64,000 nt of DNA from Candidatus Gottesmanbacteria bacterium GW2011_GWA2_43_14. Its GTDB lineage: Bacteria; Patescibacteriota; Microgenomatia; 2-02-FULL-39-11. The stretch lies in NCBI GenBank assembly GCA_000999095.1, contig LCFP01000001.1:74230-138229 (forward strand). Reading direction: 5' to 3'. Below are positions 1-9,319 of this stretch, one piece after another (position 1 is the first letter of the stretch; the number at the start of each line of letters is the position of its first letter). Position numbers and translations under genes: made by a program. The notes below the pieces were generated by a model. It searched no databases and was not told where the DNA came from. It worked only from the letters and a program-made list of their open reading frames with translations.

Positions 1-612
1 ATTGGGATTGAGAAAAGAAAGTATCCGCTGCTTCTGGTAATCCTTTAAAATCAGCCATAAACCGGGGAGAAAGACGGTAAATGTCAGAAGACTTAGACTG
101 ATATATCTTAAATTCAGACCGCCGGCAATCAGCATGGCGAAAAAAAAGATACCGTAGACGATAGTGTTGCCCAGATCAGGCTGAAGGAATATCAGCATGG
201 CAACGGGGATGAAAATTGCCGTCAGAAAAAAGAGATTCCCTGTCCGTCCGAGATCCCTACGGCTGATAACATGGGCAAAAACGAGCATTAACAGCGGTTT
301 AAGAATCTCTGACGGCTGCAAAATAAAAAGGCCGAAATCTACCCAGCGGTGGGCACCCCTGATTTCTGGCAGCATAAACAGAATGACCAGAAACATGAGA
401 GTCAGGCCGTAAATAATTATGGAAAATCTGGACCATAGCCTGTAATCTATCGATAAAAATAATAAGTATGCCGCCAGTCCCAAAGCAAAAAAAACTGCCT
501 GGTGCAAATATTCACTGGTTCCGGTTGAAGCCAGTACAAAAAAACTTATCCCGGATAGTCCCAAAGACGGTATTAAGAGAAAAGGATCAATTCGTCTGAA
601 CAAACGGATCAT
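1..612 (-). CDS. SEDS-family peptidoglycan glycosyltransferase (RodA/FtsW-like). Only part of the gene is in the window; the N-terminus is present and the ORF runs off the window start.
   Basis: Manual minus-strand translation from ATG at 612..610 reads MIRLFRRIDPFLLIPSLGLSGISFFVLAS...ILQPSEILKPLLMLVFA..., which carries the SEDS hallmark QPSE(F/I)xKP. The ORF stays open to position 1. It is absent from the ORF track because no stop lies inside the window. Confidence 0.55.
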   Translation of the reverse strand, partial: MIRLFRRIDPFLLIPSLGLSGISFFVLASTGTSEYLHQAVFFALGLAAYLLFLSIDYRLWSRFSIIIYGLTLMFLVILFMLPEIRGAHRWVDFGLFILQPSEILKPLLMLVFAHVISRRDLGRTGNLFFLTAIFIPVAMLIFLQPDLGNTIVYGIFFFAMLIAGGLNLRYISLSLLTFTVFLPGLWLILKDYQKQRILSFLNPN

Positions 613-3536
613 GCTTTGGAGAGACTGTCACTGCTGCCCTTAGTCAGAGAAACTGCTAATGTTTCGTTTTTAATGAAATCGGCATAATCATCCGGGTACT
701 CTTTTAATGTTAAATTTATCCTGTCAGTCAAACCCAGTCCGGCAGTTTTTCTCATCAGCTGGATATGACGGACTGCTTCCCTGGCCTGTCCTTCCTTATC
801 CAGTGTTTCCTGACTCACCTTTACCTCTTTTTCCGGGTATTGCAATTTTCCGTTCACGAAAATATTTTTAACATTCAATTCATCTAGCACGATCTGCCAA
901 ATCTTAGGCAGAAGGTCAGTCTTGTCGTCGAAATCCAGCTCAAGACGCGCCAGCGGTATCCTGACTTTGACTCCCATAGATTTTCGCAACGCATGCCCTT
1001 TTTCGACAAGCCTGCGTGCCAGACTCATTCCGGCTGCCAGTTTTCCGTCCAATTCATCCTTATTTGACATGGGCCAGGAAGCCAGATGGACCGATTCTTC
1101 ATCTGTCAGATTCAGATAGATCTCCTCGCTGAGAAAAGGTACAAAAGGAGCCAAAAGGCGTGATAGTTCCACCAGAACGCGGTATAAAGTACGGTGGGTC
1201 TGAAATTTGTCTTCCGTATTATCAGCTGAAGGGCCTACCCTTCCCCGTGACCTCCTGACGTACCATTGGGACAAGTCGGTGACAAAAGCGGCTATGGAAC
1301 TGGCTGAAGTGGCCGCATCATACCTCTCCAGTGATTTTCCGCAGACTTCAATTGTTCTGTTCAATTCCGAGAGAATCCATCTGTCCAGGACATGACTGCT
1401 GGACTTGAGTTCTTTTTCAGGTTTGAAACCGTCGATAACGGCATAAGTAATGAAAAAATTGTAAATATTCCATAACAGCAGGTGAAAGCTTCTTCTGCTT
1501 TCGTCTGCTTTCCGGTAACCGAAAAGCATATTAAGCTCCGTATTGTGGCCGGCGAACATCCATCTCATGACATCGACGCCGATAGTATCAGCCCCCTGGT
1601 TGAAATCGATGGCATTGCCCCATGATTTATGCATCGGTCTTCCGTCTTCCCCCAAAACAGAAGCATACCCGAGAACTGTCTTAAAGGGATTCTTCTTTTC
1701 CAGGGCACTCGACATGGCAATCATTGAATAGAACCAGTTTTTAAACTGTCCGGGGAAAGATTCGGTGATAAAGTCAGCCGGAAACCACTCCTGCCAGTAT
1801 TTTTTATCTGTCGTATAACTCAGTTTTCCGCTTTCAGAATCAACATATGTGGAATAGGGCACGATGCCGGCGTCCAGCCAGACATTGCCGACATCATTCA
1901 CTCTTGATACAAGTTCAGAACATTTGGGGCATTTGATCTTTACTTCGTCAATAAAAGGTTTATGCGGGCTGCGGCCTTCAAATTTGTCCCAACCTTCAAC
2001 CGCCCTTTTTTTCAGTTCTTCAAATCCTCCTATTACTTCATAATTGCCGCATTTCCCGCATTCATAGATCGGCAGCGCCAATCCCCAATAACGGTTCTTT
2101 TTGCTGATCAGCCAGTCATGCATATTCTCCAGCCAGTCTAGCTCCCGCTCCAGCCCGAACTTGGGATGCCAGTCGATCATGCCGGCCGTTTCTTTCATCA
2201 AAGCGCGGAAGGTTTTTCCTTTACTCTCGCCTTCGCTTCTCTCGGGTATATCCATGCCTATATACCACTCTTCGGTCACTTTCCAGACCAATTCCGTTTT
2301 ACAGCGCCAGCAGGCCGGATAGCGGTGGGTGTAATTTTCAATTTTCCAGGCGAAGCCTTCATTCTGCATGTAATCCAGGATGATTTCCGGATGTTTTTTG
2401 GCATTTTTTCCCGTCAGAAAATCCAATCCGTCCAGGTAATCGGCATTGTCGGCAATCACCGGGATCATCGGCAAACCCAATTTCCTGCCCAGGGTAAAAT
2501 CCTCCTGTCCGGCGCTGACCGCCGTATGCACAAGACCTGTCCCTTCGGCGGCTGATATGGGCATGATCTGGGGATCGGTGGGGATGACGCTGTGAAAAAG
2601 GGCATGACCGGCGACATTGCCAACTGCCGGCAGACTGTCAAATGCACCTTTGTATTTAAGACCGGTAAGCTTGGTACCTTTTACTTTTTTTACGGTTTTG
2701 GCATTTTTGCCGAAAAGCCTTTCTGCGGCTTGGCTGATAATCCAGTATTTTTCTCCCTTATCATCTTCAACCAATATATAATCAACGTTTTCATCAACAG
2801 CCACGGCTATATTGGCCGGAATAGTCCAGGGAGTTGTCGTCCAGACCAAAAGGTACTCATGCTGACGGCCTGCGACCGGAAAACGCATGTAGATCGATTT
2901 ATGGGTAAGTTCCTTGTAGTCTTCAGTCAGCATCTCATGCTGGGAAATGGCTGTTTCGCAGCGGGGACACCAGGGAACGCTGTCCGGGCCTTTGTAAATC
3001 CAGTCTTTTTCATGGCAGGTCTTCAGAAAATGCCAGATCATGTAATTGTTCTCGTCCGACATGGTGTAGTAGGAATTGTCCCAGTCCATAAAGTAACCCA
3101 GCCGCTTGCTTTGTTCCGTCTGGATAGCGCTGTACTTTTTGACCCGGTCTTTGCAGAGTTGGACGAATTTAGCCACAGATGCCTTGGAATCTCCCGGCAC
3201 CAGATTTTCTATATCCCTTTTGTTGCGGATCCCCAGCTCTTTTTCTACTTCCACCTCCACCCACAATCCCTGGCAGTCGAAGCCGTTCTGGAATCTTTGG
3301 CGGTAGCCTTTCATATTGAAAAACCGCTGCCAGAGGTCTTTATAGGTCCGGCCCCAGGCATGATGGACACCCATCGGGTTGTTGGCGGTGATCGGACCGT
3401 CCAGGAAGGAAAAACGCTTTTTGGAGGACTTGTTTTTCTCCAGGTATTTTTCGACGATACCCTTTTTTTGCCATTCTTCCAGGATTTTCTTTTCCATTTC
3501 CGGAAAATTCACATTAGCTGTGACTTTTTTAAACAT
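609..3536 (-). CDS. ileS: Isoleucyl-tRNA synthetase (class I aaRS)
   Basis: 975 aa. HIGH-type motif PMGVHHAWG and KMSKS-type motif PMHKSWGN are present. Length and overall architecture fit a long class-I editing aaRS. Confidence 0.9.
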   Translation of the reverse strand: MFKKVTANVNFPEMEKKILEEWQKKGIVEKYLEKNKSSKKRFSFLDGPITANNPMGVHHAWGRTYKDLWQRFFNMKGYRQRFQNGFDCQGLWVEVEVEKELGIRNKRDIENLVPGDSKASVAKFVQLCKDRVKKYSAIQTEQSKRLGYFMDWDNSYYTMSDENNYMIWHFLKTCHEKDWIYKGPDSVPWCPRCETAISQHEMLTEDYKELTHKSIYMRFPVAGRQHEYLLVWTTTPWTIPANIAVAVDENVDYILVEDDKGEKYWIISQAAERLFGKNAKTVKKVKGTKLTGLKYKGAFDSLPAVGNVAGHALFHSVIPTDPQIMPISAAEGTGLVHTAVSAGQEDFTLGRKLGLPMIPVIADNADYLDGLDFLTGKNAKKHPEIILDYMQNEGFAWKIENYTHRYPACWRCKTELVWKVTEEWYIGMDIPERSEGESKGKTFRALMKETAGMIDWHPKFGLERELDWLENMHDWLISKKNRYWGLALPIYECGKCGNYEVIGGFEELKKRAVEGWDKFEGRSPHKPFIDEVKIKCPKCSELVSRVNDVGNVWLDAGIVPYSTYVDSESGKLSYTTDKKYWQEWFPADFITESFPGQFKNWFYSMIAMSSALEKKNPFKTVLGYASVLGEDGRPMHKSWGNAIDFNQGADTIGVDVMRWMFAGHNTELNMLFGYRKADESRRSFHLLLWNIYNFFITYAVIDGFKPEKELKSSSHVLDRWILSELNRTIEVCGKSLERYDAATSASSIAAFVTDLSQWYVRRSRGRVGPSADNTEDKFQTHRTLYRVLVELSRLLAPFVPFLSEEIYLNLTDEESVHLASWPMSNKDELDGKLAAGMSLARRLVEKGHALRKSMGVKVRIPLARLELDFDDKTDLLPKIWQIVLDELNVKNIFVNGKLQYPEKEVKVSQETLDKEGQAREAVRHIQLMRKTAGLGLTDRINLTLKEYPDDYADFIKNETLAVSLTKGSSDSLSKA

Positions 3537-3599
3537 GAGTTATATTATAGTTAATAGCATGCCTGAATTAAAGCCGGGCAGATTGTTGCGTAAATTTTA
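3537..3599. promoter_or_regulatory. Divergent intergenic region between the ileS start (minus) and the acyltransferase start (plus). Bidirectional promoters are likely.
   Basis: 63-bp AT-rich spacer between two divergently oriented start codons, with TATA-rich hexamers such as tattatag. No experimental support. Confidence 0.3.
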
Positions 3600-4643
3600 A
3601 TGCGGATTGCTTATATTGATATTGCCCGGGGACTGGCGATTATTGCCGTAATTGCCTCTCATACCGGTTATTTACCCTTCTCAAAATTTTTAGCTCCCTT
3701 TATCAATGCATGGATGATACCTGTTTTTGTAATTTCCGGCGGTCTGCTATTCAAACCGGATTCCGGCATATTTGTTTTTATTCAAAAGAAGTTTAATAGG
3801 CTTATTGTTCCCTATATTATGCTATTTAGCTTGAGTCTGATCGGATGGTTTTGGATAAAAGACGGTTATTCAAAACCAATGCTGGTTTTAACTTTAAAAG
3901 ATGTATCAGAAGGCTTTTTAAATGGTCAGGGAATAATATTTAACGGACCTTTGTGGTTCTTTCCGCCATATTTTCTGGCGTTAATTTTAACGCGCCTTAT
4001 ATTCCCCTTCTGGAAAATTATCGGATTAACCGGTAAATTAATCGTTTTGTTATTTATAGCGGGGATATTTGTGATTATATTGCAGCCAGGCACAAAACTC
4101 TTTTTTTCTTATGACTTATCCGTTTTATTCCTGTTTTTAATTTTATTTGGCCGGTTACTGGCTGATTTAAAAATAAATCTCAAATTTTCAGTTACGTTTT
4201 TTTCGATATTGCTGTTGGTTTTAATCGCAGGTTTATACCTGACTGGAGATACAAATATCTACAGCAAAAAATTCAATTATCCGATTCTTTATGTAATCAA
4301 TTCAATTCTGGCATCACTTTTAATTTTATCTTCAGCCACATATTGGGAAAAATTCGGAAGTTTCGCAGTCATTCAAAAATTGGGAAAGTATTCATTAATT
4401 CTTATGTCTCTCCACTGGCCTATCATGCAATGGATGACATACTTAATCAGCTTGACCGGTGTAATAAATCAGTTTAATACGGTTCCGACTTCGACCAATT
4501 TCTTTATCCCCTCCGAAGGACCCAGTTTCGGTCTTACTTTAATTAGAATTAGCTTATTTTCACTCTATTTGCTGGTTCCCATTGCCGCCACGATGCTAAT
4601 CATCAATCTGTGGATAAGACTCAAAAATCTGATATTCAATTAA
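3600..4643 (+). CDS. Acyltransferase family 3 (OatA/OafA-like) integral membrane protein
   Basis: 347 aa. N-terminus IDIARGLAIIAVIASH matches the acyltransferase_3 signature (DxxRGxAxxxV). About 10 predicted TM helices. This is the only long plus-strand gene in the first 54 kb. Its GC content is lower than the flanking DNA. Confidence 0.65.
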   Translation: MRIAYIDIARGLAIIAVIASHTGYLPFSKFLAPFINAWMIPVFVISGGLLFKPDSGIFVFIQKKFNRLIVPYIMLFSLSLIGWFWIKDGYSKPMLVLTLKDVSEGFLNGQGIIFNGPLWFFPPYFLALILTRLIFPFWKIIGLTGKLIVLLFIAGIFVIILQPGTKLFFSYDLSVLFLFLILFGRLLADLKINLKFSVTFFSILLLVLIAGLYLTGDTNIYSKKFNYPILYVINSILASLLILSSATYWEKFGSFAVIQKLGKYSLILMSLHWPIMQWMTYLISLTGVINQFNTVPTSTNFFIPSEGPSFGLTLIRISLFSLYLLVPIAATMLIINLWIRLKNLIFN

Positions 4644-4644
4644 C

Positions 4645-5793
4645 TTATACTCTCAAAGCGAATGAAGACTTATCGGGGTTATCAAGAAATAAATATTTTA
4701 GTTCTCGCTCTTTTTCAAATACAAAAATAGGAAATATTCTTGAATCGTCTCCTGTACTCGAAGAGGTAAATCCTCTATACAATAATTGCATTTCAGGTCC
4801 ATGTCCTGAAAATATATAATATATCCAGTCTGCTAAATATAACTGCCTATATTCATGTTTAGTTGGATTATTAAACATATTTGATCTCATTTTCTGAACT
4901 TCTTCAAGCGTTATTTCATAACCAAAAGTATTTTGAAGCCAAATAATAAATTTCTTTTCTGATTCTTCAAAATTTTCTCCTTTTTTATGTAATGTCATTT
5001 TTTTATTAGGTACTTCCTCAGATTCTGCAAGATCTCTTAATAAAATTAATCCTTTATCATTTAATGCATACCATAATTCTGTCATATAATACATCTGTTC
5101 ATCCGTTAAATAATGTCCAATTACGTCTGCAAAAATAAGATCGTAATTGCTTTCATCTTCATTATCTGGGTTAAATACTTTTTCTACACCTAAGGAAATA
5201 TCAAATAGGTCCTTTTGACGTGTATTTACAGTTATTTCTTTCCAATAATCTGATTCATAATATTGCTTGATAATTTCTAATGGACCTGCCGACAAATCAT
5301 AAATGTCAATCTGGCTTTTGAAACCATACTTTTGCAATCGGTCTATTAAGCTTACAGCAGTATAAATACTAATACATCCAGCTAGCATAATACGATTTGC
5401 TGTGGCGATTTTAGTTTTAATTTTTTCTGAGACGCCTGAGCTGACAGCAGCTTCATTTGTTGAAATTAAATCAAGAATATCACTAGCTGCACCTTCTGTT
5501 TCAACGACTGCAACATTCGGAGTAAGTGAATCAGGAAAAGGCGTTTTAATGATCTCACCCGAGTATTTACTTTGTGATTTTTCTATATTACTTAATGTGA
5601 TTCCACCACCATATTTATATAAATACCATAATTGAGCTAAAGGACTATGGAAAGTATCACCGAATGGTCCTATTTGTAATTCATTTCTCCATTTTATAGG
5701 CTTACTTTCTTTTCCACCAGTAAATAAGCCTGTTAATTTGTTAACAATTCTGGTTTCAATAGGAATTTGAGTAGGTATTTCAAATTTAGACAT
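4645..5793 (-). CDS. Class I SAM-dependent methyltransferase with an N-terminal domain of unknown function. Substrate unknown.
   Basis: 382 aa. Rossmann-like MTase core (IMLAGCISIYTAVSLIDRL ... DIYDLSAGPLE ... YDLIFADVIG). No DNA-MTase DPPY/NPPY or PCQ/ENV motifs were seen. The gene is markedly AT-rich (about 33% GC by eye, against about 47% in flanking DNA) and is convergent with the upstream acyltransferase. Confidence 0.5.
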   Translation of the reverse strand: MSKFEIPTQIPIETRIVNKLTGLFTGGKESKPIKWRNELQIGPFGDTFHSPLAQLWYLYKYGGGITLSNIEKSQSKYSGEIIKTPFPDSLTPNVAVVETEGAASDILDLISTNEAAVSSGVSEKIKTKIATANRIMLAGCISIYTAVSLIDRLQKYGFKSQIDIYDLSAGPLEIIKQYYESDYWKEITVNTRQKDLFDISLGVEKVFNPDNEDESNYDLIFADVIGHYLTDEQMYYMTELWYALNDKGLILLRDLAESEEVPNKKMTLHKKGENFEESEKKFIIWLQNTFGYEITLEEVQKMRSNMFNNPTKHEYRQLYLADWIYYIFSGHGPEMQLLYRGFTSSSTGDDSRIFPIFVFEKERELKYLFLDNPDKSSFALRV

Positions 5794-5995
5794 CCTGTAA
5801 TTATATCCTATAATATTTTATAGAATCAAATCCTTGATGTAATTAATGATGATGAAGTTTTAGTTAATGAAGTGAAATTAACAATAAAAGTGAATTATAA
5901 TCATGCGAACAAAAAATGGAAGAAATGAATAGTTTTGTAAGTTCAAATTGTCAAAACCTTCCCAGAATTGGACTATAAACCCGTAGCAACTTAAT

Positions 5996-7099
5996 TTAGT
6001 GTTTTCCCTGCCTTAGGAAGGCGGGGATGTCCCATTCGTCGTCTTCACCATTATCCTGTCCTGCGGCAGGTGCCGGAGCGTTATCTCCTGATTCAGAAGT
6101 GTATGAAGATGGTTCTTTGACTGATAGCTGCTGAAGTCTTCTTTTGGTTTCGTCAAATCCGGTGGCGACTACGGTAATTTTGACTTGGTCAACCATCTGC
6201 TCATCAATGGTTGCGCCGAAGATTATATTGGCATCCTGGTCGACGGACGCGGCAATCAGTTTAGCCGCTTCATCTACCTCGGCCATGGTAAGATCCGCCC
6301 CTCCGGTGATATTGAACAAAACACCCTTAGCCCCGTCAACCGAGATTTCCAAAAGCGGTGAGGATATAGCCATCCTGGCGGCTGCTGAAGCCCGGTTCTC
6401 GCCTACTCCGGTGCCGATCCCCATCAAAGCCGACCCGGCGCTTTTCATGATGGTCCTGACATCGGCAAAATCAACGTTGATCAGACCCGGCATGGTAATC
6501 AGATCGGAAATGCCGGTCACGCCCTGACCAAGGACTGAATCGACTATTTTAAAGGCATCAACCAAAGTCATTTTTTTATCAACCACATCCAAAATCCTCT
6601 GGTTGGGTATAACTATCAAAGTGTCAACTTTTTCCTTAAGGTTTAGAATGCCTTCCTCACCAGTCAGCATGCGGCGCGTTCCTTCAAATGAAAAAGGTTT
6701 GGTGACGACAGAAATCGTCAGGGCATTGGTTTCCCTGGCAATTTCGGCAATAATAGGGGTGGCTCCGGTACCTGTCCCTCCCCCTTCGCCGCAGGTTAAA
6801 AAGACCATATCAGAATCGGCCAGGATTTCCTTGATTTTTTCGCGTGATTCCTCTGCCGCCTGGCGGCCGATTTCCGGATCTCCGCCTGCTCCCAAGCCTT
6901 TAGTCAAATCATCGCCAATCTGGATTTTAACGGGAGCGGTGCAAGTCATAAGAGCCTGGGCATCAGTGTTGATCCCGATAAAATCAACTCCCTGCACCTG
7001 GGTTGATGAAATCATGGAACTGACCGCATTGCAGCCGCCGCCGCCGATACCGATGACTTTAATTTTAGCGAATCTGGCTATATCAGGTTTAATCAGCAT
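5996..7099 (-). CDS. ftsZ: Cell division GTPase FtsZ
   Basis: 367 aa. Tubulin signature GGGTGTG (TCGEGGGTGTGATPIIAEIA), the N-terminal GIGGGGCNAV motif, and an acidic C-terminal tail. Confidence 0.95.
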   Translation of the reverse strand: MLIKPDIARFAKIKVIGIGGGGCNAVSSMISSTQVQGVDFIGINTDAQALMTCTAPVKIQIGDDLTKGLGAGGDPEIGRQAAEESREKIKEILADSDMVFLTCGEGGGTGTGATPIIAEIARETNALTISVVTKPFSFEGTRRMLTGEEGILNLKEKVDTLIVIPNQRILDVVDKKMTLVDAFKIVDSVLGQGVTGISDLITMPGLINVDFADVRTIMKSAGSALMGIGTGVGENRASAAARMAISSPLLEISVDGAKGVLFNITGGADLTMAEVDEAAKLIAASVDQDANIIFGATIDEQMVDQVKITVVATGFDETKRRLQQLSVKEPSSYTSESGDNAPAPAAGQDNGEDDEWDIPAFLRQGKH

Positions 7100-7137
7100 G
7101 ACTCGAACCTTTCCGGGCAGAAATTATATTTCATTAA

Positions 7138-7170
7138 GACTTTTTTTAAAAGTACTTTTTTAAAAAAGTC
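7138..7170. repeat. 33-bp AT-rich near-perfect palindrome centred on GTAC, lying in the ftsA-ftsZ intergenic spacer
   Basis: The sequence is gac ttttttt aaaa gtac tttttt aaaaaa gtc. The arms are reverse complements apart from a 1-nt length difference in the T/A runs. It sits between the ftsA stop (7171) and the ftsZ start (7099). Confidence 0.5.
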
Positions 7171-8496
7171 CTATGGAAGAAAAGATTTTACCAGATCAAC
7201 GACTTTTTTGACAACACCCTGAACCGGTACATTATCAACATATTTCGTCAGTCTTCCTAAAGAAAATTTTTCTTTGGCAGCCATCCCTGACTTGGCGCCG
7301 TATATCACCAGTCCTGCAGCTGCGGCATAAGAAGGATGAATGACTTCGTCGATTAGACCCGTGATATTATTGGGAGTACCGATCCTCACCTGCATGGCTA
7401 AATTCCGCCTGGCCGCCTCGATAATACCCAAAGTTTCTGCTCCGCCTCCGGCGATAACCAATCCGGCAGGAGTCAAACCGCCAAAACCGCTTTTTTTAAT
7501 TTCCAAACCCACCATGGTAAAAATTTCATTCAGGCGGGGCTTGATTATTCCGTCGATAAGCGTTTTTTTTGATACCTTGCTGACCCCCTCGCTCAGGTTT
7601 AATGAAGACAGGTCTATATCGTCGGCTGACTCATCTTTATGCCGGTCTTTTTTAGGTAGCGGCGTCTCTACAGGAGTTAATACCTGATGGTCCTGGCTTG
7701 CCTGGGTGGTTTTCTGGTTGAGTAAAAGTTTAATCTTTTCAGCACTCTCCAAAGAAATTCTCAGGCCGATAGCCAGATCGTTCGTAATATTTCTTGAACC
7801 TATCGGCAATACTGATGAATAAGCTAAAGCTCCGTCTATAAAAATACAGATGTCCATGGTGCCGGAACCAAGATCAACCATGACAACACCCAATTCCTTT
7901 TCCGTTTCCGTCAGAACAGAAGTTGCAGACGCCAATCCGTTAAAAACAAAACCGTCGACATCAACCCCAACCAGTGAAGCGCACTTCTCCAGGTTTCTGA
8001 GGCTGGTTGAACCTGCAGTGATTAAGTGTGTGTTTACTTCCAGCCTGACTCCGGTCATGCCTGCCGGATCTTTGATGCCTTCCTGGCTGTCTACGATAAA
8101 TTCACGGGGGATAACATGCAGAATTTCCCTTGTCGAAGGCATGGAAACAGCCCTCGCCGCATCGACTGCCCGCCTTACATCCTCCGGAGTAATTTCTTTA
8201 TTCGGTTCTGCCACTGCAACCACACCGTGGGAATTCTGTGAACTGATATGAGAGCCGCCTATGGAAAAAAAAGCTGAAGAAATGGAGTATCCCGCCATCC
8301 GTTCAGCCGCCTCAAGGCTTTGAACAACGCCAGTGGTTGCTTCTTCGATATCGACAATCTGGCCTTTGCGGATACCCCGGCTGGGATTGGTGGAGACGCC
8401 CATAATATTTACCAAACCGGTCTCAGGGACTGAGGCAATCAGGGTCGTGATTTTTGAGCTGCCGATATCAATTCCTGCGATAATCCTTTTAGTCAT
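7171..8496 (-). CDS. ftsA: Cell division protein FtsA (actin-like ATPase)
   Basis: 441 aa. N-terminus IIAGIDIGSSKITTLIA is a typical FtsA/actin phosphate-1 motif. It lies between ftsQ and ftsZ. Confidence 0.9.
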   Translation of the reverse strand: MTKRIIAGIDIGSSKITTLIASVPETGLVNIMGVSTNPSRGIRKGQIVDIEEATTGVVQSLEAAERMAGYSISSAFFSIGGSHISSQNSHGVVAVAEPNKEITPEDVRRAVDAARAVSMPSTREILHVIPREFIVDSQEGIKDPAGMTGVRLEVNTHLITAGSTSLRNLEKCASLVGVDVDGFVFNGLASATSVLTETEKELGVVMVDLGSGTMDICIFIDGALAYSSVLPIGSRNITNDLAIGLRISLESAEKIKLLLNQKTTQASQDHQVLTPVETPLPKKDRHKDESADDIDLSSLNLSEGVSKVSKKTLIDGIIKPRLNEIFTMVGLEIKKSGFGGLTPAGLVIAGGGAETLGIIEAARRNLAMQVRIGTPNNITGLIDEVIHPSYAAAAGLVIYGAKSGMAAKEKFSLGRLTKYVDNVPVQGVVKKVVDLVKSFLP

Positions 8497-8524
8497 TTTT
8501 ATCTTTTTATTCTGTTAAAATTTT

Positions 8525-9319
8525 TTATTCATTTTTTAAAATTACCAAAGGCTTATCGTAACGAAAATCTACAGCTGATATGAATTTCCCCTCTATTCTA
8601 AACCTTGAGATTATTACTTGTAAAGAGGCCGCCACAACCTGCAGCTCGCCCTGAAAAGGAATCTTCACATTTTCACCGTCTTCCAGCTGTAGAATGAAAA
8701 GTGAATCGTCATCCGAGATGGATATATTTTTTACCCTGATCTCGGATTTTGCCAGGGAAGTGATGTAATTTATGGCTTTGACTATCCGCCAATCCCCTTC
8801 ATCAGGCCTCAATAATAGACTCCGACCCGTGATTTCCGGCAAATCAACGCCGGTCTCGCTTTCGGCAGGTTTGCCTTCTGCATCCAGCATCAGCATTTTA
8901 TCCTTATAAAAAATCCGGGCAGCGGGCTTGCGCCATTCCGTAATAATTGTCAGGCTGTCGGGAAAGTTTTTATCGACGCTTATTTCCCTGATTAGGGGAT
9001 TAACCTTCAGTAATTTTTGTTTCAGTATTTCTTCATTTAAGGATATAAAATTTTCTTCTGACAAATCCGACAGGCCTCTGACTTCTTTTTTGGGGGTAAT
9101 AATAACCAGTTTTTTTATCCGGAAAAAATTATTAAGGAAAAGTAAGCTGCCGGCAGCTGCGGCTATAAAAAAAAACATAGCTGAAATATAAAGAATGGTT
9201 TTTGCATGCCTTAGCAAAACAATAATCGGCTTAAACTTGTCAGCTGATTTAATTTTATGCAAGGGATTCACCGTTAATTTAATATCTGCCCAAGGATATT
9301 GACCAGTTTTTTGGCACAA
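8525..9319 (-). CDS. ftsQ: Cell division protein FtsQ/DivIB (POTRA domain, single TM)
   Basis: 264 aa. One N-terminal TM helix followed by a POTRA-like region. Sits in the conserved murG-ftsQ-ftsA position. The start is uncertain: the ORF as given overlaps the murG stop by 46 nt, and a GTG at 9271 or ATG at 9178 is more plausible. Confidence 0.7.
   Translation of the reverse strand: MCQKTGQYPWADIKLTVNPLHKIKSADKFKPIIVLLRHAKTILYISAMFFFIAAAAGSLLFLNNFFRIKKLVIITPKKEVRGLSDLSEENFISLNEEILKQKLLKVNPLIREISVDKNFPDSLTIITEWRKPAARIFYKDKMLMLDAEGKPAESETGVDLPEITGRSLLLRPDEGDWRIVKAINYITSLAKSEIRVKNISISDDDSLFILQLEDGENVKIPFQGELQVVAASLQVIISRFRIEGKFISAVDFRYDKPLVILKNE

Noticed and set aside
197-412. 71-aa plus-strand ORF
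   Set aside because: It lies antisense within the partial SEDS/RodA gene, which has a convincing motif-bearing translation on the minus strand, and it has no recognisable features. Most likely a spurious ORF.
922-3554. Multiple plus-strand ORFs (60-320 aa), including a 320-aa ORF at 2592-3554
   Set aside because: All are antisense to ileS, whose translation carries HIGH/KMSKS motifs across the whole length. The long antisense ORF is explained by ileS codon bias, and its translation is low-complexity with no domain signatures.
6005-6028. Imperfect hairpin ccctgcctt-agg-aaggcgggg near the ftsZ 3' end
   Set aside because: It lies inside the ftsZ coding region (C-terminal tail), not downstream of the stop, and no U-tract follows on the transcript strand. 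It is unlikely to be an intrinsic terminator.
6144-8518. Plus-strand ORFs of 61-186 aa overlapping ftsZ and ftsA
   Set aside because: They are antisense to highly conserved ftsZ/ftsA coding sequence. Their translations are Ser/Pro/Thr-rich, which is typical of antisense reading of GC-rich codons.
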